Source: an uncultured Pelagibacteraceae bacterium (GTDB lineage: Bacteria; Pseudomonadota; Alphaproteobacteria; Pelagibacterales; AG-422-B15). Taken from it: a stretch of 61,823 nucleotides of DNA. The stretch is from positions 1-61,823 of the forward strand of contig CAJJAN010000002.1 in the NCBI GenBank assembly GCA_905182145.1, written 5' to 3'. This document shows positions 35,666 to 46,877 of the stretch, in pieces; the stretch's first letter is position 1; each line of letters opens with the position of its first letter. The translations under genes and the position numbers were made by a program. The notes beneath the pieces were generated by a model, which was not told the DNA's origin, did no database searches, and saw only the letters and a list, made by a program, of their open reading frames with translations.

Positions 35666-36937
35666 ATGAAAACTAAATCTCCCTATTTTTACTTATTTTT
35701 ATTTTTATTTTTAAATGTTCTTAATTTTATTGACAGAAATATTTTGTTTGCATTTGGAAATGAAATAAAAGCAGATTTTAATTTAACTAATACTCAATGG
35801 GGCTTAGTTAGTGGTATTGTATTTTTATTTTTTTATGCAACGTGCAGTATATTTATTGGAGCATTAGGAGACAGGCTAAGTAGAACTAAAATAATAGCAG
35901 TTGGATTACTTCTATGGAGTTCAATGACTGCACTAACGGGCATGGCTAAAAATGTATTTTTACTATTTTTATCTAGAGCATTTATTGGTGTTGGCGAATC
36001 TTCTTTGACACCCAGTGCAATGTCGATGTTAAGTGATGTATTTCCTAAAGAAAAACGTGGTATGGCAGGTGGTATTTATTACTTTGGTATCCCGTTAGGA
36101 GTTGGACTAGGTTTTTTAATCCAAGCAACCCTTGGACCTATTTTTGGCTGGAGGAATATATTTATAGGGCTGGGTGTTATAGGCGCTTTAATAAGTATAT
36201 TTATCTATTTTTTAACTGAGCCTATACGAGGTGAAATTGATGGAATACAAAATCAAGAAAAAAGTTCTTCACTTAAAGATAGTTTAAAAGATACTTATAA
36301 AGCCGTTACCTCATCCAAATCTCTTTTTTTTGTAATCTTAGCTGGAACACTTAATAACATCCCTATTGGCGTAGGAAGTTTTGATTCAATCTGGGCTGTT
36401 CAAGAAAGAGGTTTTACAGCTGTAGAATATAATAGTTTATTTGGATTATATTTTATAATTGGAGGCGGAATAGGAACTATTGTTGGAGGTTACTTGTCTG
36501 ACTTACTAGGTAGCAAGTTAAAAGGTGGCCCAATGCATTTCTTATTTTATTCTTACTTAATCATGACACCTATAATTATCTTATATAGAATCGTATCTCC
36601 AGAGAGTATTTGGTTTTATATTTCATTATTTTTTATATCAATAAATATTTCTTTTTTTTATGGAGCTGTATTTTCTACTATTCAAAACTTAACTTCTACT
36701 AAAATAAGAGGGACAGTGATCGGACTTTGGGTATTAAGTGTTAATATATTTGGCATAGCCTTAGGAGCATTCTTAACAGGTTTTTTTGCTGACAATGTAT
36801 TCAATAATTATGAAGAACCTCTAACGATAACGATGATAGTAATGGGTGGTTTTGGAGTATTAGCTATGGTTTGTTATTATTTAGCTGGAATTTGGTATAG
36901 AGAAGATTTAGCTAAAGTTAATAGAGATTTTAATTAA
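35666..36937 (+). CDS. MFS transporter (spinster-like)
   Basis: [18 protein letters not shown] (motif A), RAFIGVGES; about 12 hydrophobic segments. Confidence 0.88.
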   Translation: MKTKSPYFYLFLFLFLNVLNFIDRNILFAFGNEIKADFNLTNTQWGLVSGIVFLFFYATCSIFIGALGDRLSRTKIIAVGLLLWSSMTALTGMAKNVFLLFLSRAFIGVGESSLTPSAMSMLSDVFPKEKRGMAGGIYYFGIPLGVGLGFLIQATLGPIFGWRNIFIGLGVIGALISIFIYFLTEPIRGEIDGIQNQEKSSSLKDSLKDTYKAVTSSKSLFFVILAGTLNNIPIGVGSFDSIWAVQERGFTAVEYNSLFGLYFIIGGGIGTIVGGYLSDLLGSKLKGGPMHFLFYSYLIMTPIIILYRIVSPESIWFYISLFFISINISFFYGAVFSTIQNLTSTKIRGTVIGLWVLSVNIFGIALGAFLTGFFADNVFNNYEEPLTITMIVMGGFGVLAMVCYYLAGIWYREDLAKVNRDFN

Positions 36938-38507
36938 TTATTGGTCCAGATGATTTGATTTTTTCATCAACATCTGCCTCAAATTTTTTAAAATTTTCAA
37001 TAAACATATTGATAAGCTTATTAGCTTGAGCATCGTAAGCGTTAGGATCCGTCCAAGTATTCCTGGGGTTAAGTATGCTTGAGTCTATGCCAGCAATAGA
37101 TATAGGGATCATAAAACCAAAGTTCTCATCTTTTCTCATTTCAATATTAGATAAATTTCCTGAAAGCGCTTCATTTAATAGATGTCTTGTATTCTTAATT
37201 GAAATTCTCTCTCCAACTCCATAAACACCACCAGACCAGCCAGTATTTACTAACCAGCAATCAACACTAAATTCTGATATTTTCTTTTTTAGTAAATTTC
37301 CATATTCAATAGGATTACGTGGCATGAACGGTGCGCCAAAACAAGTTGAAAAAGTTGCAGTTGGTTCTGAACTTAACCCCATTTCAGTTCCAGCTACTTT
37401 GGCAGTATAACCCGATAAAAAGTGATACATAGCTTGAGCGGGAGTTAGCTTTGCTATAGGCGGTAAAATGCCAAACGCATCAGCAGTAAGCATGATGATA
37501 TTTTTTGGATGAGAAGTTTTTCCTGACATTGTAACGCCAGGAATAAAATCAAGTGGATATGCACCTCTTGTATTTTCGGTTATTGAATTATCATCTAAAT
37601 CTAACTCGCCATCAGCTGTCATCACAACATTTTCAATTACACTATTTTTCATTTGCGTAGTTGCAAATATTTCAGGTTCTGCATCTTTTGATAGCCTTAT
37701 TAGTTTAGCATAGCAGCCACCTTCAAAATTAAATAAACCTTCATCTGACCAGCCATGCTCATCATCTCCTAACAATGATCTGTTAGGATCAGCACTTAAA
37801 GTAGTTTTGCCAGTTCCAGAAAGACCAAAAAAAACTGCAGAGTCTCCATCTTTACCCGTATTTACAGAACAATGCATTGGCATTGTATTTCTATCAGGTA
37901 GAAGATAATTTAATAATGTAAAGACAGACTTTTTGGTTTCGCCAGCGTACTGTGTACCTCCAATTAATATAATTTTTTTATCCAAATTAATTGCAATCAC
38001 AGTCTCACTATTAATTCCATAAGTTGATGGATCTAATTTTAAATTTGGAAAATTAATTATTGTAAAGTCACTTGAAAAATTTTCTAATTCTTTTTCTGTT
38101 GGACGCACTAACATGTGACGTGAAAATAAACCGTGCCAGGCAAACTCAGTAATTATGGTTACAGGTAATGTAAAGTCTCTATCTGCTCCACCAAATAGAT
38201 CATGAACATAAAGCTCTTTTTCTTGAGCATAAGCTTCAAAAGCCTTTAAAATTTTATTAAAATTATCCTCACTAATTGCAACATTGGTATCACCCCAATG
38301 AATTTTATCTTCAGAAGATGCCTCTTTAACAAAAAATTTATCATTTGCTGAACGTCCAGTTTTTTCACCAGTAGTTACAACCAATGCCTCATGCTTTGAA
38401 GCCTTACCTTCTCCAGATGCTATAGCAGCACTATATAAATCATCTGAATTAAGATTCCTTCTGACATTTGCAGTAGCTAGAATTTTGTTATTTATTGGAT
38501 TTTCCAT
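36930..38507 (-). CDS. pckA: Phosphoenolpyruvate carboxykinase (ATP)
   Basis: [55 protein letters not shown]. Confidence 0.97.
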   Translation of the reverse strand: MENPINNKILATANVRRNLNSDDLYSAAIASGEGKASKHEALVVTTGEKTGRSANDKFFVKEASSEDKIHWGDTNVAISEDNFNKILKAFEAYAQEKELYVHDLFGGADRDFTLPVTIITEFAWHGLFSRHMLVRPTEKELENFSSDFTIINFPNLKLDPSTYGINSETVIAINLDKKIILIGGTQYAGETKKSVFTLLNYLLPDRNTMPMHCSVNTGKDGDSAVFFGLSGTGKTTLSADPNRSLLGDDEHGWSDEGLFNFEGGCYAKLIRLSKDAEPEIFATTQMKNSVIENVVMTADGELDLDDNSITENTRGAYPLDFIPGVTMSGKTSHPKNIIMLTADAFGILPPIAKLTPAQAMYHFLSGYTAKVAGTEMGLSSEPTATFSTCFGAPFMPRNPIEYGNLLKKKISEFSVDCWLVNTGWSGGVYGVGERISIKNTRHLLNEALSGNLSNIEMRKDENFGFMIPISIAGIDSSILNPRNTWTDPNAYDAQANKLINMFIENFKKFEADVDEKIKSSGPIIN

Positions 38508-38663
38508 AAATTTGAAGGGTCAATAAAACATATAATGAATATTTTGTTAAGGTAAAATATGACTAATTAGAAAAAATATGGGTATAATAGACTAGATATA
38601 GAGACTAGTTTTAAGTGCAATTAATGCCTTAAATTAAACATTTTTAGTCAACATAATAAAAAT

Positions 38664-39374
38664 ATGAATGATAAAAATAGGCCGTTAATTGCTCTTGTTG
38701 ATGACGATAGAAATATTCTTATGTCCATGGAGGAACTCTTAAAAAAAGAAGACTTTAATATTCACACTTACAGTGATGGTCAGTCAGCACTAAATAGTTT
38801 TTTTAAGCACCCACCAGATATCGCAGTAATTGATATAAAAATGCCAAGAATGGATGGTTATGAATTATTTAAAAAGATAAGAGAAAAACTTACTATTCCA
38901 GTAATTTTTTTAACATCTAAAGATAAAGAGGTAGATAGACTCAAAGGTTTAATGCATGGAGTAGATAATTATGTAACTAAGGGTGGCAACCTAACTATTC
39001 AAATTTTAATTGAAACTATTAAGAATACTCTAAATACTATCCAGACTATTGCTGATAAAAATGAAAAAAGTAAAATAATTGTTCATAATAAACTTAGGCT
39101 TGATATTGAGAGACAAGAGTGTGAGTGGAAAGAAGTTTTATTGCAAGATCCTTTAACTACCACAGAATTTAAAATTATTCATGAATTAGTAGTAAGACCA
39201 GGAATTGTAAAAACTAGAGAAAGGCTAATGGATATTGCCTATAAAGATGAAATTGATGTAGATGATAGGACAATTGATAGTCACGTTAAGCGAATTAGAA
39301 AGAAGTTTAAAAGAATTGACCCAGAATTTGACTCAATACACACACTATATGGATCAGGATATCAATGGAAATAG
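38664..39374 (+). CDS. chvI: OmpR-family response regulator, ChvI-like
   Basis: IALVDDDRNIL, DIKMPRMDG, PVIFLTSKD, VDDRTIDSHVKRIRKKF, TLYG; divergent from pckA. Confidence 0.85.
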   Translation: MNDKNRPLIALVDDDRNILMSMEELLKKEDFNIHTYSDGQSALNSFFKHPPDIAVIDIKMPRMDGYELFKKIREKLTIPVIFLTSKDKEVDRLKGLMHGVDNYVTKGGNLTIQILIETIKNTLNTIQTIADKNEKSKIIVHNKLRLDIERQECEWKEVLLQDPLTTTEFKIIHELVVRPGIVKTRERLMDIAYKDEIDVDDRTIDSHVKRIRKKFKRIDPEFDSIHTLYGSGYQWK

Positions 39375-39402
39375 TTTTAAATATTTACTAGAATAATGTC
39401 AT

Positions 39403-40953
39403 TTGAACAGTCTTTTTAGAAAATTTTTATTTTATAACTTAATAGGTCTTGGCTTAATTGCAGTAATAGTATTTTCAACACTTCAATTTTCTCAAAAAAA
39501 TTTAGTAGATGAAAGAATTCAAGAAATAAGAAATCATGTCTTACTCGTTGAAAATTATCTTAGTTTAAATAATTATACTTTAGATTTAATAGTGTCACTT
39601 CAAGATATACGGGTGACAAAAGAAATTAATTCAATATTAGAAAACAAAAATGTTTCAATAGTAATATTAGATAAGAATAAAAATATTTTATTTGATTCAA
39701 AGGGCTACGATCTTAATGAAGATGCTTTCCAGTCTAAAGGGCTGGTTGCACTTGATGGCGCTGACTTAGATCTGGCTGAAACCAACGGTAAAAAAGAAGT
39801 TCTTGGCCGCACTTTTATAAATAAAGATAATTTTAATTTAAGATTTAAAGAAGCTATTAATGGCGAAGACCAAAACTTTATAATTAAATCATACGATGCT
39901 TTTCAAAAAAGGCAGATAGAAATTATTTCAATGAAACTATTTTCAAATTACAATCAAGATATTTATATTATTGCTTATGAAGACAATAGAGATATTCAAA
40001 AAGTAATTGATGATAATAGAACAAGTATTTTGATCGGCGCTATTCCAATTATGATAATACTTCTTTTATTTTCTATATTTTTATCATCAGTAGTAATTTC
40101 TCCTATTAAACAATTAGCCGACTCTGCAAAAAATATTCAAACAAAAACAAAATCAACTACAAAAATTATTAATTTGAATAAAAGAAAAGATGAAATTGGA
40201 GACCTATCAAAAATTTTAGCTGAAAAAGTTGAAAGTTTAAAAGATAAGATAGAAGAAAATGAAGAGTACTCAGCAGATTTAATGCATGAAATAAGAAATC
40301 CTCTTACTTCAATCAAAATGGCCACAGAAGTCATGAGTAGTGGTGGTACAAAAGGACAAGTTAAATTTATTAACGCTATTCAAAATGATGTAGCAAGAAT
40401 TGAAACTATTATAACCGACTATTCTATTATGATGAAAGATGAAGCTTTAATGTCTGATCTTCAAAATAATGAAATTGATATTCAAAAATTATTGGAAAAT
40501 ATCACTCTAGAATATAACCGCGTTAATATTAAAGGTGTAAAATTAAGATTGATCACAAGTGAAAATATTAAGAATAATACTATTGTAAATGGACACGCAG
40601 AATTTATTAAAAGAGCACTTCATAATATCTATGATAATGCCATTTCGTTTTCTCCAAATAGCAGCATAATAGAAACAAGCATTAGTTTAGCTTCAAGTTA
40701 TCTTACAATTACAATTGCTGATAATGGTCCAGGCATCAAAGAATTAAATACAGAAAATATATTTAACCGATTTTATACATTTCGAGAGCCTAGCGATGAT
40801 GCAACATCTATTCATTCTGGCTTGGGCTTGCATATAGCAAGGCAAATTATTGAGGCGCATCAAGGAAATATTAGAGCTGAAAATCAAATCATGAACGGCA
40901 AACTTGTTGGTGCTAAGTTTATAGTTAATTTGCCAATAAGTATTAATAATTAA
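39403..40953 (+). CDS. chvG: HAMP sensor histidine kinase, ChvG-like
   Basis: Two TM segments, HAMP (PIKQLA...RKDEIGDLS), H-box HEIRNPLTS, NAISFSP, DNGPG, HSGLGL; follows chvI. Confidence 0.78.
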   Translation: MNSLFRKFLFYNLIGLGLIAVIVFSTLQFSQKNLVDERIQEIRNHVLLVENYLSLNNYTLDLIVSLQDIRVTKEINSILENKNVSIVILDKNKNILFDSKGYDLNEDAFQSKGLVALDGADLDLAETNGKKEVLGRTFINKDNFNLRFKEAINGEDQNFIIKSYDAFQKRQIEIISMKLFSNYNQDIYIIAYEDNRDIQKVIDDNRTSILIGAIPIMIILLLFSIFLSSVVISPIKQLADSAKNIQTKTKSTTKIINLNKRKDEIGDLSKILAEKVESLKDKIEENEEYSADLMHEIRNPLTSIKMATEVMSSGGTKGQVKFINAIQNDVARIETIITDYSIMMKDEALMSDLQNNEIDIQKLLENITLEYNRVNIKGVKLRLITSENIKNNTIVNGHAEFIKRALHNIYDNAISFSPNSSIIETSISLASSYLTITIADNGPGIKELNTENIFNRFYTFREPSDDATSIHSGLGLHIARQIIEAHQGNIRAENQIMNGKLVGAKFIVNLPISINN

Positions 40954-41016
40954 CTATTGAAATAATCTAATGCAGGATTTAAATAGCTAATAATTATATT
41001 AAAATGGAGTTTACTA

Positions 41017-42312
41017 ATGGCCGATAATCATGATTACAAAGTAGCTGATATGTCTCTTGCGGACTGGGGTGATAAAGAAATAGCTATCGCTGAAACTGAG
41101 ATGCCAGGATTGATGTCCTTAAGAAGTGCTTACGGAAATGATAAACCACTAAAAGGTGCAAGAATAATTGGATGTCTTCATATGACTATTCAAACTGCAG
41201 TTTTAATCGATACATTAGTTGCACTTGGTGCAGAAGTTAGATGGTCATCTTGTAATATTTTTTCAACACAAGATCAAGCCGCCGCTGCTATTGCAAGAAA
41301 AGGAATTCCTGTATTTGCCTGGAAAGGTGAAACGGAAGATGAGTATTGGGAATGTATTGAAAAAACCATAACTGGAAAACCAGATTGGGTTCCTAATTTA
41401 TTACTAGATGATGGTGGAGACTTAACTGCTCACATGCATAAGAAGTATCCAGAAATGATGAAAGATATTAAAGGTGTTTCTGAGGAAACAACTACGGGTG
41501 TTAAGTCATTAAAAGAAATGGTTGCTAAAGGTGAGTTAATGATACCTGCAATTAACGTTAATGACTCAGTTACTAAATCAAAATTCGATAATCTTTATGG
41601 TTGTCGCGAAAGTTTAATTGATGCAATCAAAAGAGCCACAGATGTCATGCTTGCAGGTAAAACTTGCATAGTTGCCGGATTTGGCGACGTTGGAAAAGGT
41701 AGTGCCGCAGCTTTAAGAGGTCAAGGTGCTAGAGTATTAATTACAGAAGTAGATCCTATTTGTGCACTTCAAGCAGCAATGGAAGGCTATCAAGTTGTTA
41801 ACATGGAAGATGTAATTGGAGATGCTGATATTGTTGTTACTGCAACTGGCAACAAAGATATTGTGACCATTGAACATATTAGAGAAATGAAAGATAGATC
41901 TATACTATGTAATATTGGACATTTCGATTCTGAAATTCAAATTGATGCCTTAAGAAATCATAAGTGGCATAATGTTAAACCTCAAGTTGATGAAGTTGAA
42001 TTTCCAGATGGTAAAAGAGTTATTGTTCTTGCCGAAGGCCGCTTAGTGAATCTTGGCTGTGCTACAGGTCACCCAAGCTTTGTAATGAGTGCTTCTTTTA
42101 CAAACCAAGTGCTTGCACAAATTGAGTTGTGGGAAAATACTGATAAATATAAAAATGATATCTACGTATTACCAAAGCACCTTGATGAAAAGGTTGCTAT
42201 ACTTCATTTAGATAAGCTTGGAGCAAAGTTAACTAAATTGTCTAAAGAACAAGCTGACTATATTAATGTTGATCAAGCTGGACCATTTAAGCCTGACGCA
42301 TATCGTTACTAG
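41017..42312 (+). CDS. ahcY: Adenosylhomocysteinase
   Basis: [59 protein letters not shown]. Confidence 0.98.
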   Translation: MADNHDYKVADMSLADWGDKEIAIAETEMPGLMSLRSAYGNDKPLKGARIIGCLHMTIQTAVLIDTLVALGAEVRWSSCNIFSTQDQAAAAIARKGIPVFAWKGETEDEYWECIEKTITGKPDWVPNLLLDDGGDLTAHMHKKYPEMMKDIKGVSEETTTGVKSLKEMVAKGELMIPAINVNDSVTKSKFDNLYGCRESLIDAIKRATDVMLAGKTCIVAGFGDVGKGSAAALRGQGARVLITEVDPICALQAAMEGYQVVNMEDVIGDADIVVTATGNKDIVTIEHIREMKDRSILCNIGHFDSEIQIDALRNHKWHNVKPQVDEVEFPDGKRVIVLAEGRLVNLGCATGHPSFVMSASFTNQVLAQIELWENTDKYKNDIYVLPKHLDEKVAILHLDKLGAKLTKLSKEQADYINVDQAGPFKPDAYRY

Positions 42313-42339
42313 TTAGTAAATTAATGATACAATCTCATT

Positions 42340-42798
42340 ATGATTGTTCTAAAAGAAGAAGATACTCGAAAAATTGCAAATAAATTTGCAAAATCAATCC
42401 CTGAAGACTGCGTTATCTGTCTTAATGGTGATTTGGGTGCAGGCAAAACCACTTTTTCAAGATATTTAATTCAAACGATCATAAAGGACAGAAAAATATC
42501 TGGTGAAATTCCAAGTCCTACCTTCTCCTTATTGCAAACATATAAAGATAAAAATTTTACTATAAATCACTATGACTTTTATAGACTTGAAAATAGTGAT
42601 GATTTAATTGAGCTTGATTATGATAATTCAATTTCTAAAGGTATTTGCATTATAGAATGGGCTAGTAAATTTCCTGAAGCCTTACCAGCTAATCGAATCG
42701 AAATTAATATTGATTTAGTTAGTAAGAGTAAAAGATCATTAAATTTTATTTTTATTGGAAATATAAATAAGAAAGATTTAAAATGGTGTCTAGAATAA
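42340..42798 (+). CDS. tsaE: tRNA t6A biosynthesis ATPase TsaE
   Basis: GDLGAGKTTFSR, SPTFSL, HYDFYRL, IIEW. Confidence 0.95.
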   Translation: MIVLKEEDTRKIANKFAKSIPEDCVICLNGDLGAGKTTFSRYLIQTIIKDRKISGEIPSPTFSLLQTYKDKNFTINHYDFYRLENSDDLIELDYDNSISKGICIIEWASKFPEALPANRIEINIDLVSKSKRSLNFIFIGNINKKDLKWCLE

Positions 42799-43754
42799 AT
42801 CAAATTAATAATTTTTTAAAAAATAATCAAATTGAAACTAAGAACTTAATACCCATAAAAAATGATGCTTCATTTAGAAAGTATTTTAGGGTAGATAAAA
42901 AAATCTTAATGGATGCTGATCCACACTTGGGGGAAGACGTTGGCTCTTTTATTAATATAAATCACGTGTTGAGAGAATTTAAATTAAATGTTCCAGAAAT
43001 ATTTACTATTGATAAAGAAAATGGATTTTTACTACTAGAGGACTTAGGAGAAAATATCTTTTCACAAATATTAAATAGTGAAAATGAAGAACAACTTTAT
43101 AAACAAGCAATTGATGTATTAGTTGAAATTTATAAAAAAGATTTAAATAAATTTAGTAATTTTACTTTTTTAGAAAAATATTCAGTAGAAAAGTTGCAGG
43201 ATGAAAGTCAATTATTTATAGAGTGGTATCTAAAAAAATATTTGAAAATAAATATTACAGACACTGATATAAAAGATTTCAAAGATATAATTAATAAAAT
43301 TTTTAATAATTTAGATACTAAATTTGAAAAATTAGTATTAAGAGATTATCATGTTGATAATTTAATTTTGCAGAAATCAAAATTAGGCTTAAAACAAGTA
43401 GGAATTTTAGACTTTCAAGATGCAGTGCTTGGCTCATCCAGCTATGACTTAATTTCAATTATTGAGGATGTAAGAAGGCCAATCTCAAAAGATCTAAAAA
43501 ATATATTAATAAAATATTTTATTGATTCAACAGGATATGATCCCAATCAATTGGAAAAAGAGCTAGCCTTTTACTCAGTACAAAGAAATCTTAAAATTTT
43601 AGGAATTTTTTCCAGATTAAATTTGAGAGACAATAAATCAAAATATATGGGATATAATGATAATGCATGGAAATATATCGAATCTAATCTAAATAATCCT
43701 ACAATGAGTGATCTTAAAGTTTGGCTTAAAAAAATATTACCAAATGCAAAATAA
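42783..43754 (+). CDS. amgK: Anomeric MurNAc/GlcNAc kinase (APH-fold)
   Basis: DASFRKYFR, LLLEDLG, LRDYHVDNL, LDFQDA, QRNLKILGIFSRL; tsaE-amgK-murU order. Confidence 0.85.
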   Translation: MVSRINQINNFLKNNQIETKNLIPIKNDASFRKYFRVDKKILMDADPHLGEDVGSFININHVLREFKLNVPEIFTIDKENGFLLLEDLGENIFSQILNSENEEQLYKQAIDVLVEIYKKDLNKFSNFTFLEKYSVEKLQDESQLFIEWYLKKYLKINITDTDIKDFKDIINKIFNNLDTKFEKLVLRDYHVDNLILQKSKLGLKQVGILDFQDAVLGSSSYDLISIIEDVRRPISKDLKNILIKYFIDSTGYDPNQLEKELAFYSVQRNLKILGIFSRLNLRDNKSKYMGYNDNAWKYIESNLNNPTMSDLKVWLKKILPNAK

Positions 43755-44448
43755 CAGTATTGATACCGCATTAATCTTAGCGGCTGGCTTTGGCAAAAGA
43801 ATGCTTCCTTTAACAAGTAATACACCAAAACCTCTAATTAAAGTTAAAAATAAGCCACTTATAAAATATTGTATTGATAGCCTAGAAAAAACAGGAATTA
43901 AAAATATACTTATCAATGTTCACTATGAATCAAAGCAAATAGTAGATTATATAAATCAATTAGATAAAAAAATATTAATCTCTGATGAAACAAAGAAATT
44001 GTTAGATACCGGCGGAGGTATTAAAAAAGCTTTTTCTCTTATAAAAGACGAAAATATTCTAGTTATGAATAGCGATGTGCTATGGAATAGTCATTCAGTA
44101 AAATCAATTCAGTCTTTATTAGAACAATTTAATTCAAATAAGATGGATTCTTTATTACTTACAACTAAAATAGAAAATACATCAGGTTATTCAGGAGTAG
44201 GTGACTTTATAAAAAATAAAGATAATCAATTGCAACGATTTAGTAAAAATACAAATATTAAACCATTAGTATATTGTGGGATTCAAATTGTTAATAGGAG
44301 ACAATTTGATAGTTATCGTGATACAGTATTTTCAACCAATAAAATTTGGGACCAAAATATTAAACAAAATAAATTATATACTTTTGTAACAAATAAGAAA
44401 TTTAATCATGTTGGAACAAAAGAATCTGTAATAAGGTTAAACAAATGA
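43744..44448 (+). CDS. murU: MurNAc-1-phosphate uridylyltransferase
   Basis: ILAAGFGKRMLPLT, PKPL, INVHY, LLDTGGGIK, MNSD; ATG 43744 preferred. Confidence 0.82.
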   Translation: MQNNSIDTALILAAGFGKRMLPLTSNTPKPLIKVKNKPLIKYCIDSLEKTGIKNILINVHYESKQIVDYINQLDKKILISDETKKLLDTGGGIKKAFSLIKDENILVMNSDVLWNSHSVKSIQSLLEQFNSNKMDSLLLTTKIENTSGYSGVGDFIKNKDNQLQRFSKNTNIKPLVYCGIQIVNRRQFDSYRDTVFSTNKIWDQNIKQNKLYTFVTNKKFNHVGTKESVIRLNK

Positions 44449-45050
44449 ATCATATTAAAAAATTTTTATGTATAATAATACTTGTATTGCCTATTACTAC
44501 TTTTGCTGAATCTAATTTAGCTAGTTTTATTATTCGAAATCATGAAGCAAATCAATTACCAACAGTTGGTAATATTGATGCTAAATATACAATTGTAGAA
44601 TTTTTTGATTATCGATGTGGTTATTGTGCAAAGCAAGCAGTTGATTATGGAAACATATTAAAATCTAGAAATGATATAAGAATAGTTTATTTAGAATTTC
44701 CTATTTTTGGAGGTATCTCAGATATTGCAGCAAATATTGCTTTAAAAGTTTGGAATGATAATCCTGATTTATATTTCTCAATTCATAATGGATTTATGAC
44801 TCTTGGTTCATCAATGAATAAGGAAAATATTATTCAGTTATTAGATGAGAATAGTCTTCAAGGTAACAAGCTATATAATTTCGCTCAGACTCAGCCATAT
44901 GATCAAATTATTCAAATAAATAAAAAACTAGCTAAGGACCTTGGGTTACGAGGAACACCTGCTTCTATAATTAATGACACAATGATTCCTGGTTATGTTA
45001 AAGAGGAAAAAGTCATTGGACTAATTAATGAGATAAATACCCAAAGTTAG
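44445..45050 (+). CDS. DsbA-family thiol:disulfide oxidoreductase
   Basis: Signal peptide, VEFFDYRCGYC (CxxC), cis-Pro GTPA. Confidence 0.88.
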   Translation: MNHIKKFLCIIILVLPITTFAESNLASFIIRNHEANQLPTVGNIDAKYTIVEFFDYRCGYCAKQAVDYGNILKSRNDIRIVYLEFPIFGGISDIAANIALKVWNDNPDLYFSIHNGFMTLGSSMNKENIIQLLDENSLQGNKLYNFAQTQPYDQIIQINKKLAKDLGLRGTPASIINDTMIPGYVKEEKVIGLINEINTQS

Positions 45051-45062
45051 GCCATTTCTAAC

Positions 45063-45093
45063 CCCTTGAATAACTAGTAAATAATTATTATCT
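45063..45093 (+). promoter_or_regulatory. Possible RpoH (sigma32) promoter of hspQ
   Basis: CCCTTGAA -35, then 16 bp to ATTATCT (imperfect -10), directly upstream of a heat-shock gene. Confidence 0.35.
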
Positions 45094-45100
45094 TCATAGT

Positions 45101-45424
45101 ATGGATAAAGCAAAATTTGAGATTGGCCAAATAGTTAAACATAGATACTTCGACTTTAGAGGAGTAATTTTTGATGTTGATCCAGAATTCGATAACACTG
45201 AAGAATGGTACCAGTCTATACCGGCACAAGTTCGACCAAAGAAGGATCAACCTTTTTATCATTTGTTAGCTGAGTCTCCAAGTCAGCCCTCTTATATTGC
45301 CTACGTCTCACAACAGAATTTACTAAAAGAGGAAATTCCAGAACCTGTAATTCATCCATTGGTAGAAGAAATATTTACCGGAATACAAGATGGAAAATAT
45401 ATCTCAAGAGCTAAAAGTAATTAA
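45101..45424 (+). CDS. hspQ: Heat shock protein HspQ
   Basis: KFEIGQIVKHR, FRGVIFDVDPEF, QPFYHLLAE, AYVSQQNL. Confidence 0.93.
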   Translation: MDKAKFEIGQIVKHRYFDFRGVIFDVDPEFDNTEEWYQSIPAQVRPKKDQPFYHLLAESPSQPSYIAYVSQQNLLKEEIPEPVIHPLVEEIFTGIQDGKYISRAKSN

Positions 45425-45429
45425 TTATT

Positions 45430-45969
45430 GTGAAAAATTTAGTTAAACCTTTTGTTGATTACGGCCCCATATTAGTATTTTTTATATTCTTTTTTAAGAC
45501 GGGTGAGATCCAAGGTGCAATTGTTCCCCTAATGGTAGCTAGTGTTTTAGCAATGGGACTTTCATATATTTCAGAACGAAAAATTCCACCCATGCTTCTT
45601 TTTAGCTCAATTTTAATTCTTATATTTGGTTTTTTAACAATATATTTTGATAATCCAATTTTTATTAAATTTAAGGTAACTTTAGTAAACTTAATTTTCG
45701 CATCAATACTATTTATAGGTCTTTATTTTAAAAAGCCCCTGATTAAAAATCTTATGAGTTCATCACTGAGTTTAAATGAGCCTGCTTGGCATAAATTAAC
45801 ATTTAGATGGGCTATTTATTTTCTATTTTTAGCAATCTGCAATGAGTTTGTGTATAGAAACTTCTCAGATACTGTTTGGGTTAATTTTAAATTATTTGGA
45901 ATTATGGGATTATCAATATTGTTTATTTTATCTCAAGTTATGTTTATTCAAAAAAATATGCAGGAATAA
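45430..45969 (+). CDS. yciB: Inner membrane septation protein A (YciB/IspZ)
   Basis: DYGPILVFF, FIKFKVT, WHKLTFRW, WVNFKLFG; GTG start. Confidence 0.9.
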   Translation: MKNLVKPFVDYGPILVFFIFFFKTGEIQGAIVPLMVASVLAMGLSYISERKIPPMLLFSSILILIFGFLTIYFDNPIFIKFKVTLVNLIFASILFIGLYFKKPLIKNLMSSSLSLNEPAWHKLTFRWAIYFLFLAICNEFVYRNFSDTVWVNFKLFGIMGLSILFILSQVMFIQKNMQE

Positions 45970-45974
45970 AATAA

Positions 45975-46805
45975 TTAATAAGGCTGATCGCCTACTATTG
46001 CAATTCTATCCATTACACGTTCGTGACCAAGTCCTCTACCGGGATAAAAATCTGCTATTGCATAATGCTGAGTGCATCTATTGTCTAATATTGCTACAGC
46101 ATTTTCAGTCCATTTGAAGCGACACGACAAATCAAGTTTTTCTTGATGTCTAAATATTCTCTCTAGCAAGTTATCACTTTCTTTTTTTGAAAGACCCATA
46201 ATTTTTTTTGTATATGTAGGATTTACATATAAAATCTTCTTACCAGTTTCAGGGTGTGTTCTCACAATTGGATGTTCATTAGAGTACTTTTCACCAATCT
46301 TGCCGTTGCTTTCCATTTCAGAAAAATCGTCTACAAAAAAATTTGATCCATTAGATGTGTGTAATGCGTTTTTATCGACAATTATTTTTTTGATGTCTTC
46401 ATCAAGTGTTTCCCAGGCAAGTTCCATATTTGAAAACACTGTATCTCCTCCAATAGGGGGAATCTTAATTGACCTTAGTATAATTGTCTTACATGGCGTT
46501 ACATCATAACTCACATCACTATGCCATCCTTCACCCCATTGATTTTTTTCATCTGCTGCTTTTATAATTCTAGTTATTTGAGGAAAATCATCTAAGCCTC
46601 TTACATAAGCGTGCTCCTCAACTGGGCCAAATAAAGAACCAAGGAACATTAACTCTTTAGAACTAATATTTTGATCTCTAAAAAAAACCACTTTATGCTC
46701 CAAGAGTAGAGCATTTAACTTTTCAAAATTTTCTTGTGTAACTGAATTGAGATTAAAGTCTGAAACTTCTGCTCCCAAGGCACCAGATAAAATATTTACT
46801 TTCAT
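45975..46805 (-). CDS. TauD/TfdA-family Fe(II)/2-oxoglutarate dioxygenase
   Basis: GWHSDVSY (HxD), GGDTVF, HPIVRTHPETGKK, DNRCTQHYA, RVMDR. Confidence 0.92.
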   Translation of the reverse strand: MKVNILSGALGAEVSDFNLNSVTQENFEKLNALLLEHKVVFFRDQNISSKELMFLGSLFGPVEEHAYVRGLDDFPQITRIIKAADEKNQWGEGWHSDVSYDVTPCKTIILRSIKIPPIGGDTVFSNMELAWETLDEDIKKIIVDKNALHTSNGSNFFVDDFSEMESNGKIGEKYSNEHPIVRTHPETGKKILYVNPTYTKKIMGLSKKESDNLLERIFRHQEKLDLSCRFKWTENAVAILDNRCTQHYAIADFYPGRGLGHERVMDRIAIVGDQPY

Positions 46806-46877
46806 ATTAGAAAATCTAAATACTTAAAATAATTTGTCACTTATTATTATTAAATATTTTTAGCATCTGTAAAAAAA

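Noticed and set aside
38560-38610. GACTA(G) repeats in the pckA-chvI spacer as ChvI sites
   Set aside because: Short, irregularly spaced (13 and 30 bp), and not distinguishable from chance.
40954-41016. SAH or SAM riboswitch ahead of ahcY
   Set aside because: The spacer is 63 bp, very AT-rich, and lacks recognisable conserved riboswitch elements or stable stems.
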